Source: Rhynchobatus australiae
Taxonomy: Eukaryota
DNA: 64,000 bases
Assembly: GCA_034780895.1 (NCBI GenBank)
Contig: JAUZTB010000001.1
Span: 53,300,081 to 53,364,080 of the forward strand
Reading direction: 5' to 3'
Both the position numbers and the translations under genes were made by a program. Positions 13,400-24,435 of this stretch are shown here, in pieces (the stretch's first letter is position 1; each line of letters opens with the position of its first letter). Under the pieces are notes generated by a model. It was given only the letters and a program-made list of their open reading frames with translations. It was not told the origin of the DNA and made no database searches.

Positions 13400-14229
13400 A
13401 TCAAGGAATGGCTGAGGGCACTTGATACAGCAAGGCCACAGCAGCAGGAATCACAGGCTGGAGCACTGAGTACCTGGACTCCAAAACTAGCTGTGCCTCC
13501 TGCCAAGATGTTTCAGTACAGTTACAGCACAACAATATGGAAAGTTGCCCAGCTACGTCCGGTTTAAAAAGCAGGATAAATCCAATCTTGCTACTTACCC
13601 CCAAATCAGTTTCCTCGCCATCATCGGCAGATTGATGGAAGGTGTCATCGATGGTGCTATCAAGTGGCACTTACAGTAACTTGTTTACCAGAACCGCTTG
13701 GCTCCCAACCTTAACACAGCCTTAGAAGTGGAGCAAAGGGCTGAATTCCAGAGGTGAAGGGAGAGTGACTGCCCTTGGCATTAAATCAGCATTTGACTGA
13801 GTGTGGCATCATGTAACCCTGGTAAAACAGAAATCAGTGGGCATTAAAGAGAAACCATTCCATGATTGGAGCCATACCTTGCACAATGGAAGATAGTTGT
13901 GGTCGTTGGAGGTCAGTCCCAGGATATCTCTGCAGGAGTTCCTCAGGGCGGTGTCATGGGCCAAACATTTTCCGCTGCTTCATCAATGATCTTCCATCCA
14001 TTATCTCAGAATTGAGAATGTTCACCAAAGATTGCACTGTGATCAATTGCATTTGCAGTTCCTCAACAAATGAGGCAACCCATTCCTGCAATGTAAGACC
14101 ACGCCAATGCCTCAGGCATGGGTTTATAGGTGGTAAGTAACATTGGTGCTGGGGAAGTGCCAGGCAATGACCATCTTCAAATAGAGAGTCCAACCACCTA
14201 CCCTTGGCATCCAATTGCATTACAATTAC
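13400..14229 (+). mobile_element. Old non-LTR retrotransposon RT fragment (CR1/L2 group)
   Basis: Frameshifted RT motifs: KKQDKSNLATY.PIS, VTALGIKSAFD*VWH, AGVPQG, IFRCFINDLPSI, MFTKDCT (decayed FADDCT). Confidence 0.8.
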
Positions 14230-14660
14230 TGGATTAGAGGGCATGTGCTATCAGGAGAGGCTAGACAAACTTGGGCTCTTTACTCTGGAGCGGCGGAGGC
14301 TGAGGGGTGATCTGTTGGAAGTGTGAGGGGCATAGGTAGGGTGGGCAAGCAATATCTTTTTCCCATTATTGAGTGATCCAATACCAGAGGGCATGCATTT
14401 CAGGTGCGAGGGGGTAGGTTCAGAACAGACGTGAGGGGTACATTTTTTACTGAGAGAGTGGTGGATGCCTGGAATGCATTGCCTGATAGGGTGGTGGAGC
14501 CAAATTCATTTGGGGCTATTAAGAGGGGCTTGGATGGGCACGTGAATGAAAGGAAAATAGAGGGATATGGGCATTTCTGTAGGTAGGAGGGATTAGCTAT
14601 ATCGGCACAACATTGTGGGCCAAAGGGCCTGTTCTGTGCTGTACTATGTTTTATGTTCTA
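14230..14660 (+). mobile_element. Young CR1-type LINE 3' end next to, and probably inserted into, the older LINE
   Basis: RGGRFRTDVRGTFFTERVVDAWNALP; CpGs retained; tail ctgtactatgttttatgttctatg. Confidence 0.88.
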
Positions 14661-16574
14661 TGACTGTCAGTATGTTTTTAAGGGTGGGGTTTGTCACTTG
14701 CTGCAAGACCTCACAGTACAATAGGGATCTCTAGCCCAACCCAGGATGTTGCTGCTGTTAAATGCAGGTGGTTTGCACACTGCCTAATATGGGCTGATGA
14801 TGTGTTGGGTGTGGCCATTGGACTGTTGTGCAGCACCAACTTTGCAGATCTTCATCCTGAGAAAAAACATTGCAGACTTTCTTTTTATCGAGTTGATTCT
14901 TAAAAATTCTTCAGCATACAGTTTTTTTTAAACGCATTTCTCAGTTGTGCTATTTGTTGGGTCTACTGTTTCTCTTAAGTTGCTATGAGCATAGGCAATC
15001 AGCATAAGGTGGAACCAGAACGAAACTTCAATCCTTTATTGAAGGCAGTAACCCTCACTGAACTGCAGTGCCTGGGTACAACAATTTATCAGAATCCTAC
15101 CACTTGATTCAAACCTGTTCTTAAAGGTACCCTACACTATAAAAGTACTGCAAATTGCCCCAGATTTTTGTGGTCAGCGGTGAACGAATGGTGTTTATTA
15201 AATGTTGTGTGCAGCTGCCCACAGATTTTCCGTGGGTTTTTAAGTTGCAACTTCATTACTAGAGATCTTTTTGGTATGCTGCCCCATCCAGAGGATCAAC
15301 AATATATGGGTGAGCAAGGCAGTCAGCAGCATGTCTTTTTCATCAGTCCAGATAAAGTATCCTCACTCTATCAGATAGTCTAGGCTGGAAGGTTTGCAGC
15401 AGAATAATGAAATATATATAAAAAAAATAATGTTCTGAATAACAAAAGATAGAATTGTAAGGGATAAGAGATGAGGGTAAAAAAAGTTAAACTTTACATT
15501 AAATCTCTAGCTATAATTGAATTTTGGTAAGATGAGACCTCATCTGTAAAATTGAGTTTTATGGGCCAGAGAAATACTTGGCAGCAGTTGAGGGCTATCC
15601 CTCTAAATATATGCCTGATTTAACCAGCATATCTGATAATTTAGTGGGTCAGTAATGTAACTTGGGCCAGATATGTTCGATTTGACCCACCACCTGGAAT
15701 TATCTCAGTGACTTGGGACTTTTGAAGTCACATGGTTCCTAAGAATCTTAGTCTCAGTTCATTGCCCATCATGTAAATGGAGCAGGCCTCTCCACAGCAC
15801 ATCCTGGGGTCCCGCCCCCAGCACAACCCTGATGGCTTTTGACTGTCTGTCTCACTGTTCTCAAACGTCTCTGATAGTGAGAAAAATTTCAGAATAGTTG
15901 GAATTGATTGACAACTGTAAATTATTTTTTAAACTTAATAAATTTATCTAACAAGTTACTGTTAATTAAAATGTATCCTGAAATAACTAAACCTGTTTTT
16001 AATGGACCCCCATTGAAGTGAATGGACCTATGCTGGATGCATCAGCTATGACTAGCATAAAGCCGAGGGGCCAGCTGTGAGGTGTATGTGGCTGCTCCAT
16101 GAAAGGTACTGCAGATTCTATAGTGTCCCATGGTGCAGGTCAGATGCACTCTCACCTGACCTCCAGCATGCTTTAAAATGTACTTCACAGGTGCGGAAAT
16201 CCAGAATGTGATGCTGCTTGTGGGATCACTAGATGGCTATTAGCATGATCCGGCCCTGTGTTCTTTATGTATTTTAATGCCGACTTGAGTATAATGATGT
16301 GTGTGGAGGGAAAGAACCATTCCAAAGCTCACTCATTGAATATGTAGAGAGGCCAAAAGTTACTATCTGACTTGGTCTGTGCTAACAATTAGTACTGTCA
16401 GTCTTCCCATTATTCCTTGTGCCAGATTTGTCACATTGACTTTACTGAAGTCTATGGACCATAGGATATAGGAGCAGAATTAGGCCATTTGGCCCTTCAA
16501 GTCTTGCTGCATTGCTAGTTGGTTGACGTGAAAATCTTTTATAATGAAATATTTAACTGACTGCATTTTTGCAG

Positions 16575-16694
16575 GATGCTTCTATTCACATTCAAGAGTC
16601 GCTACAGATTTTACAACAGAGACAAGATGGATTAAAAGAGCAAATGGCTCTTGCCAAGATGAAAGGTGATGATGCCATGGTTCGTCATATTCAG
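16575..16694 (+). CDS. NAB1: NAB1 coding exon 4
   Basis: tttttgcag| DASIHIQESLQILQQRQDGLKEQMALAKMKGDDAMVRHIQ |gtacaa; 120 nt, phase 0-0; resembles the mammalian [23 protein letters not shown] segment as I recall it. Confidence 0.88.
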
Positions 16695-17944
16695 GTACAA
16701 AATTAGAAAATCGCATACAATGTTGAAGGTTGTAAGCTGACTTCCATATAAAACACAACTGACTAAAAGCTTTCTTTTCTATCCCTAAATGTCAAGAATG
16801 CTGTCATTTGGAGTGTGAAAGTGATTACAAAGCCTTCAGGTTCGATTTGCTTGTTAAGCCCTCCCTTGTATGGTTTGAAGCTACTGCACTGCCTCTGCAG
16901 GCAGTGAGTGAACTTGACCTTAATGGTGTAAACCACAAGTTTTGGTTTCAGTTTTTTTTATTTAGACATTTGAGACGCTTGCTTACCTCATCATGATGGC
17001 AAGGTTTTTCTACAAATATCGTGCATCTCATTGTGGGGCTGAATAATAAGCAAGTAGAACTGTCCCCATGGCAGGAATGGTGAAGGACATGCACTGTAAT
17101 GGTTAGAATCTGAATTTTTGGAAGTAAAGAAGGAATCATTCACTAGCTTTGCCCAAATAACCCAAGAGTTGAACAGGGTTTTATGTTGCCTGGCATAATA
17201 ACATGTATATTCCCAAAGTTTAAATGTTCAAGTGTCATTATTATTGATTAATTGATTGCATTATGAATCAGGCTCTCTTTCAGTACTTCAGTGTCATACT
17301 TACAGCAAATGGGTAGGTCTTGAAGCATACCTTTTGGCTCTTATAAAGTGTAACTTCCAACTTTAAACATGGTTGATGAGATATAATTTCGCAAGGCAAG
17401 TAAGTGCTTCAGCCTTGTTGCTTTTCAAGTGCATAGGCTACAGATTTTTTTTCCTCCAAGTGAATCACATGACAAGTGTGGAAAATCTCCAATCTTGTTC
17501 ACCTGCCAAGCATACTTCAGTGAAGGATGTATCTTATACTCTCAGAATACCACTTTGTGACCATATGTGGTGCAGTATAATATTAATCACTATTTGCCAT
17601 TGGAAAGATTAAGGTTTTAGTTTACACCAAGGCTCCTCGCTTCATGTGGAGGTACTTTGAAAGATAAGGGAAATGGAGAAAGAATAAGGAATACAAAAGT
17701 GGAGGAAGCTAAACTGGAATATCATTGATGCTCTGAAATGATTTGAGCAGCAGTGCTTAAGACCTATTACTGGCTGGCTGTTAATCCTTTGGTAAACCCA
17801 CATGTGTGATGGCATATTTTTAATATCACCCTGTGGATATGAGAGATTTATTTCCACAGATGGCACCAGCTGTAGAATTTTAAACAGCAAAAGTCGAGAA
17901 TTAGTTAGCCTCATGATGAAGACAAACCATTTCCAAAGGGTCGC

Positions 17945-18255
17945 CAAGTAGAGCAGCAATTAGTGCTGCTATCTCTCAGCTCCAGGAACCTGGCTTCGAT
18001 CCCTACTCTGGGTGCTGCCTGTGTGGAGTTTCTATGTTCTCCGTGATCACGTTGGTTTCCTCTCACATTCNNNNNNNNNNNNNNNNNNNNNNNNNNNNNN
18101 NNNNNNNNNNNNNNNNNNNNNNNNNNNNNNNNNNNNNNNNNGGGGAAGTTGACAAGCAGGTGACAGAAAATGAAGTACCAGGACTGCAGGGAAATAAAGG
18201 GGAAATGGGAGCAGCAGGGACATGATGGGCTGAATAGACTCCTTCTGTGTTGAAA
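17945..18255 (+). mobile_element. HE1-like V-SINE (gap inside)
   Basis: tRNA-like head with B-box ggcttcgatccc, V-domain gtgtggagtttctatgttctccgtg, LINE-derived tail gggctgaatagactccttctgtgttg. Confidence 0.75.
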
Positions 18256-18996
18256 TATCATTTTTTTTAAGTCTCCTGGTTCACACTTCTTTGCTAATAA
18301 TTTCCAGAAATGCTCTATTTTATGAAAATTTTACTCAAAGTGAAGTGGAGAAACGGTATTTCAATGAAATGTGAATGGCAAATAGTTTCTGCAGGAATTA
18401 GATGCATTTTCAGAATAGTTTGAGTTTTAATTAAAGTTTATATCATTTGTCTTTAGGCTTGTATAGCATTGATTTCAATCTGTATTTTTTGAAATGCTTA
18501 CAGCAACTTTTATGTCTAATACAGTTGCAGTTCATGTTCTGGATACCTGCTTGAATGATGGTGTCCACTTGTATTGTCCACACATTTTTGTGATATTGTG
18601 AATTATGGCTTTTCACTATTGCTTCCACAGTATACAAGTGGAATGTGCCATTCATCTGTGCATTATGCAGAATTTTGTGAAAGGAATATAGACATAGCAG
18701 AGATCAATGATAGTTCTTAATTTAGTCTTCACTGATTTCCTTTATCTAGCAGAAAGAAAGAAAAAATATCTAACTACACAAGTAGAAATGGACACTTTGA
18801 GAATGAGAGTTTGAAGCAATAATAAATTTAAAGTAGTTCAGGCAAAACTGTTTCAAATTTACACCTTGTATGAAGTTTGTGGGATGGAGATGCACACAAG
18901 ACCAGAATGGGAATGTTACACATTGGGCTCAGTTTGAGAAGCATTTATATGCTCTATATTGCTGTAATCGACCTAGTTAGTCAAGGGAGTGAATTG

Positions 18997-19230
18997 CTAA
19001 AACAAAAACCAAAAACACTGAAAATACTCAGTAGGTCGGGCAGCAACTGTGGGAAGAGAAACTGAGTTAACGTTTCGGGTCAGAGACCCTTTGTCAAAAC
19101 AATTCTGACAAGGGGTTTCCAATCTGAAACATTAACACTTTCTCTTCTCACAGATGCCGCCCGACTTACTGAGTACTTTCATCATTTTCTGTTTTTGTTT
19201 TAGATTTCCAGCATCTGCAGCTTTTTGTTG
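18997..19230. repeat. Inverted pair of Penelope-like element termini (palindrome)
   Basis: 18997-19100 is the approximate reverse complement of 19101-19203; both arms match the short repeat seen at 41902, 49932 and 51615. Confidence 0.85.
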
Positions 19231-21456
19231 ATTTTTCAAGGGCGTGAATTGCATCCAATAACAAATTTCATTCATATATTTGCAGTGAAGTGAAGCCATA
19301 AGTGTGGCACCAATCCACATAAGTTTATTCAAAATTATATTTGACTTATGACAGTTTCAGTACAGGTTGCTTTCTAGGACACCGGCTTCTGCTGTTCTAT
19401 TTATGTGCTGTTTGTTTAGTTCAGATTATGGCAAAGCTGTTTGAATGTACAGTGCCAAATCTTGCCTTTATTGCAGCAACGAAGACAGTTTAATTTACTG
19501 CTGAGATAAGAAAGCTGGATTTGAGTAAGTGAAGAAATTGATGCTCCCCAAAAACAGGCATTGATAAAGTATCTATATTGATATTATACCATTCCCCACC
19601 CATATTTAAAGTATACAAGCCAAATTGGAGAAGTTTGGCACTCTGTAGAGTGGCGTCAAACAAAACTCTTGAGATAAATCTGAATAATGCACATACTGGA
19701 TTGGCAGCACTTTAAGGGTATGCCGTATGTGCATGCAGACACAAATTTTCCCACATTTATGCATTTGCTGTTAAACAAGGAATCCTGGAATATAATCCCC
19801 AGTGCATTAGTAAAATTCCAAAATCTTATTTAATTGTTGTTTTAAAAAAAACTTATTTCAGTTGCTATGAATGAACTGCCCTGCAGATGACCTTTCTGTC
19901 ATTATTCCAAGGGACCAGCTTTCCTCCCTTGCCTACATCAACAGGGACGTTGGCCTGTTATTAATATCCCAAAAGACCCTATCCATTTTCTTCCTCACTG
20001 TCTGGGAAATGGGCAAGTTGTGCCCTTTAGGAAGCTTTTAACTGCTTCTGCATTCTGTAGCTTTAGGATAGCTACACTCTATGGATGTATTTTACATGAC
20101 CCAATGATCCAAGATGGGCGAACAGCTATAAACTCAAGGAAAGTTGCATTCCAAAAAAAGAAATAAAATCACAACTATATACTGGTTCTGCTAAATGTAA
20201 CTACTTGTTTTGATACATTTCTATTTTGATCCCACCAACTATTTCATCACATTGTTAATCCTGAAACAATAGCTCATTTCTAGTATTTGAATAACAATAC
20301 ATGTTGACTTTCTCGTTTCTCCTCCACTACATGCACACTTTCATAGGTGTTAATCAGTTCTTCATGACAGTCTTTGGAAAACTGTTATCCCTGACTGAAG
20401 TGGTTTGTATTTTCTATATCAGTCAGTGCATGACAAGTTAAACCACTTGCCCCACCGAAGTATAAACTGGGTAATACTTCCTTCTCACTTTCTTCACAAG
20501 AACATGGTTGAGGTTATCCTGTGTGTTAATGCAAGCACGTGATTTAGGCGGGTCACTAGCCAACTAGGTAATTTAAAGAAAACTGGGCTTTGGATTTATT
20601 TCACCTTGCATTACAGATAGGTTGGCTGAAGATGGAAAGTTTGCTATGCTCCATGTTGTGTGGGCCATTTCTAGCTGATGTAGAAAATGAGGTTTACCAG
20701 TTGGAGATGATTCTGTACCAAGCAGCTCTGATGTTCATTGTGATGTACTTGTGGTCCTCTGGCTACCCTTGATCCATTCCCTCTGTTAGTAACTAATCAT
20801 GCTGCATTTAATAAGAGCATGAGAATCTGCTCGGCTGATATTTAAAATGTCACACTCTGCTAATGATTCAGATGAGTCATACCTTTAGGCTGCTGATGGC
20901 ACAATGATATGTCTAGTGTGTGATGCATTACAATCTGTTGCTTCCTTTATCATACAGAAATGCTGCAACTGGGGAAAAAAGTTGCATTAATCAACAGTGG
21001 ATGCAAGTTCTAACCTTTGGCTTAAACTGCTTTGGATTGCCTGCTTGAATCTAATTGCTTTGTCCTCAAGCATTCATTGCATCTAAGTTTCTTGCACTCT
21101 GCTCTCTTGGAGAAAACCTTGGTATCTGTGTTCTTCCCTCACAATGCAACTAACACTTTGGTTTGACCTTAAGCTATCCTACCAATCAAGACCTTGCAGT
21201 GAAGAATTCTGTTTTCTTTCACCCCCAAAATGGTATACTGTAATTGAAATGGGAAGAGACTACAAGGTGAATAGAGGAAAAGATTTAAGGAATTGCTCCT
21301 TGAAGAAATGCACCATCCTCACTGACTCATGGGAACTCTGGCCCACGATCATTGAAAGTGGAGAAAGAATATTCGGGGTGGTATTGTGAACCTCAATACA
21401 GGCCCTGCAAAGCACAAGCTAACCACCCACCTGTCCTGTTAACCACCAACAACCCA

Positions 21457-21775
21457 GGGTAGCACAGTGATGCAGCTAGTAGAGCTGCTGCCTCCCTGTG
21501 CCAGATACCTGTGTTAAATCCTGAACTCAGGTATTGTGTATGTTTGCACATTCTCCCTGTGCTCTGGTCTCCTCCCGAATCCCAAAACTATGCAGGTTAG
21601 CCAGGTTCATTGGTCACTGCAGGTTCCTGCTAGTGTGTAGGTGAGTGATAGAAACTGGGTAGAGTTGTTGAGAATGTGGAGAGCATATGTAAATATAAAA
21701 AATGGGTTTAACATAGGATTAATGTAAATGGGTGGTAAGGACTCAGTGGGTTGAAGGGCCTGTTTCTGTGACGTG
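21457..21775 (+). mobile_element. HE1-like V-SINE
   Basis: gcacagtgatgcagctagtagagctgctgcctc head; tttgcacattctccctgtg V-domain; gggttgaagggcctgtttctgtg tail. Confidence 0.8.
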
Positions 21776-22029
21776 TCTACAACCGCTTGCCCCATCCATT
21801 GGATAGTCTGCAGTTCCCATGTTAACCTCTTGCTGCCATCTCACCTTAAAACTGGCAGAAGCAAAGTAAATCATCCTCAAAACGAAGGGGGCTGGCTGAT
21901 ACCAGTGATTACATGGCCTTAATAGATTGTGATGCACAAGGATTAGATACTGGGAACATTGACAAATGGGTATGTGAGCTTGTGCATCATTGTTTGGGTG
22001 CTTTGAGACACACTATTGTTGCTAGCAGC

Positions 22030-22545
22030 TGAAGGTGGGGGAAGTAGGGTTTGGGTGTGATTGGAAGGGGGTGGCAGTGGGGAGGAGGAGGATTGAGAGG
22101 GGAAGCAAAAAGGAAGGGGTTCAGTGGATAGTGAGGGACGAGAGCTGAGAAGTGACACTGACTGAAGAAGGCAGTTGGGGGAAGGGCACATTTGTAGAGA
22201 GACTGGGCGGAGGTGTGAAGGGAGAGGCGTGTGTGTGTCGGGGGTGTTAAAGTGTGTCTACACGTGCTTAATGTGTGATTATGTGTGTATGTGCAACACC
22301 TCCTGGAGGGATAGAGAGTGAGATTCTGATGTGGGGTAGTGAGAGGATGGGGGTAATAGAGGGGAAGTCCTGAGGTGGTGGGGAGAAGGGCATGGGGAGG
22401 GGAAGTCCTGAGGTGATGCAGGAGTGTGGACCATGTGGGGAAATTCCTGAGCTAATGGGGATAGAGGGGAAGTCCTGAGGAAGTGAAGAAGGGGAGGCAG
22501 GTGGAGGGGAAATCCTGGAGGTCTGGGGAGTGGTGGTGGAGAGAA
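22030..22545 (+). repeat. G/A-rich low-complexity tract with a degenerate ~38 bp minisatellite
   Basis: GGGGAAGTCCTGAGG-like units at 22361, 22399, 22437, 22466 and 22506. Confidence 0.75.
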
Positions 22546-23250
22546 TCAGCGGGTTTAAACTTTGGGTGTTAAAGTATCGGATGAGCTGTGCTGGGCCCTG
22601 CACATAGATTCAGTCACAAGGAGGGTGCACCAGTGTCATTATTTTCTTCAGAGGATGAGGAGGTTCAGCTTGTTCCTGAAAATTCAAACAAACTTCTTCA
22701 CATGCACTGTTGAATGTATCCTTAATAGTTGCATAATTGAACGGCAATTTGAATGTGCAGCAGCGTAAGAATCCGCAGAGAGTAGTAGACTCTGCCCAGT
22801 ACGTCACGGGCACATCCCTCCCCACCATCGGTAGTATCTATAGGAGGCGCTGCCTGAAGAAGGTACTATCCATCTTTAATGATCTCCGTCAGACGGGCCA
22901 TGCTATCTTCTTCCATCTCCCATCCATCAGAGGATACAGAAGCCTGAAGTCCCACACCACCAGGTACAAGAACAGCTACTTCTTTTCAACCATTCGGTTC
23001 TTGAACCAACTGACACAACCCGCATCACTGCAGTTTACCAACACCACGTCACTTCATCAATTTGCACTAAAATTAACCTTGTTTTTATTGTTCTAATTTT
23101 GGTCTTTCTTTCTAAAATTATGTTTCACTGACGTTTCTCTTGAGAATGCTCCTTATCAGATTCAAAATGCCTGTGACGCTGCTCCAAGTAAGTTTTTCAT
23201 TGCCCCTGTGCATAACTGTAGTTGTGGATATGAGAATAAACTCGACTTCA
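22546..23250 (+). mobile_element. Rex1/Babar-like LINE 3' fragment
   Basis: FKLLGVKVSDELCWA.H, YFLQRMRRF, F.CTVECIL, LPS.R.YRSLKSHTTRYKNSYF; AATAAA + short tandem tail. Confidence 0.85.
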
Positions 23251-23624
23251 ACGTCAAATTTGGTTGCTATCTTTCAAACGTGGTTAAATTGCCTGCATTC
23301 AACATTGTGATTAGTTATTTACAGATAATAAAGGTTGATTAACTCAAGAATTTATAGAAGGAAAAATGGACCCTTTTGAAGTTATTTTAGATGTTTTTAA
23401 GTTAAACAACTTCCATGTTGTATTGTACCCTTCTACATCCTTGGTTTTCTGAATCACTTGATTCTAAGTGAAACTGATCACAATCTTAGTTTTCAAACTG
23501 AGGGTATGGAATTGGTCATCAGCTGAAGCTCATGCTTCACAGTGCCTGACTTTTGGGCAGGCTGCCAATTTTCTTTAGGCTGATTTTTGCTTTTCTTCCA
23601 AGTCCTGTGATTAGACAAAATGTG

Positions 23625-23730
23625 AAACATTGGGGATGTTGAAAATCTGAAATGAAAACAGAAAATACTGGAAATACTCAGCACATCAGGCAGCATCTGT
23701 GAAGAAGTAAACATAATATTTCAGGTTTCA
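23625..23730 (-). mobile_element. Penelope-like terminal repeat fragment
   Basis: aatctgaaatgaaaacagaaaatactggaaatactcagcacatcaggcagcatctg is the reverse of the tail at 49980-50060. Confidence 0.7.
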
Positions 23731-24323
23731 ATATTTCCCATGTTCTTAGTTAATAGAAATGTTGGTGTGAATCATTCATACATTTGAATGAAAGTTTTAC
23801 TGCAAACTAAGGTAAATTATATGAGGTGATTCAAAGAATTCAAAGAATGAAAAATAAAACTTGCATATCAGACTTATGCAGGAAGATATGCAGGATATGA
23901 AGAACAAAGAGAAATTTTAGCTTTTTATTGTTTAAAGCACATTTTGATCAAATAAACCAAAGAAATTTGTTCTCAACTTTTCCTCTGTGAAGTTGTGTGC
24001 CTTGGATTTATTGCCTTTATTCATTATTGGGATTCCATCATAGTCCCAAAGGGATAACTTTGACTGATTCAACATCATGACCTGGTGAAAACTGAAGGGT
24101 TTGAATTTGCTTCTGTATTGACTGTGTAACCATTCTGCATTGTTCCAGGCCACAAGTCTGATGTCCTCCCCAGGCAAATGGAATCCCAATTAAAAGGTTA
24201 TGCCAGTGCTCCAGTGTTTTGCATTTTAATCTGAATTAATGGAGACTTAATTTATTCTTAAAGTCCCTTGAAGGTCTTAGTTGAATTTGTGTATTAGAGA
24301 AACACACAAAAAAGTCCAACAGG

Positions 24324-24435
24324 GAAGGGTCTCAGCCTGTAATGTCGACTGTTCATTTCCCTTCATAGATGCTGTCTGAGTTCCTCCATCATTTTGTGTG
24401 TCGCTCCAGATTGCCAGCATTTGAAGTCTTTCTTG
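24324..24435 (+). mobile_element. Penelope-like terminal repeat fragment
   Basis: gaagggtctcagcctgtaatgtcgactgttcatttcccttcatagatgctg, the same subfamily as 41902-42030. Confidence 0.75.

Noticed and set aside
10568-14465. Near-identical ~240 bp blocks suggesting segmental duplication or LTRs
   Set aside because: Both are 3' parts of a young CR1 subfamily; the flanks are unrelated and there are no LTR termini or gag/pol.
17945-18010. tRNA-like A/B boxes
   Set aside because: SINE head; no cloverleaf, and followed by a V-domain.
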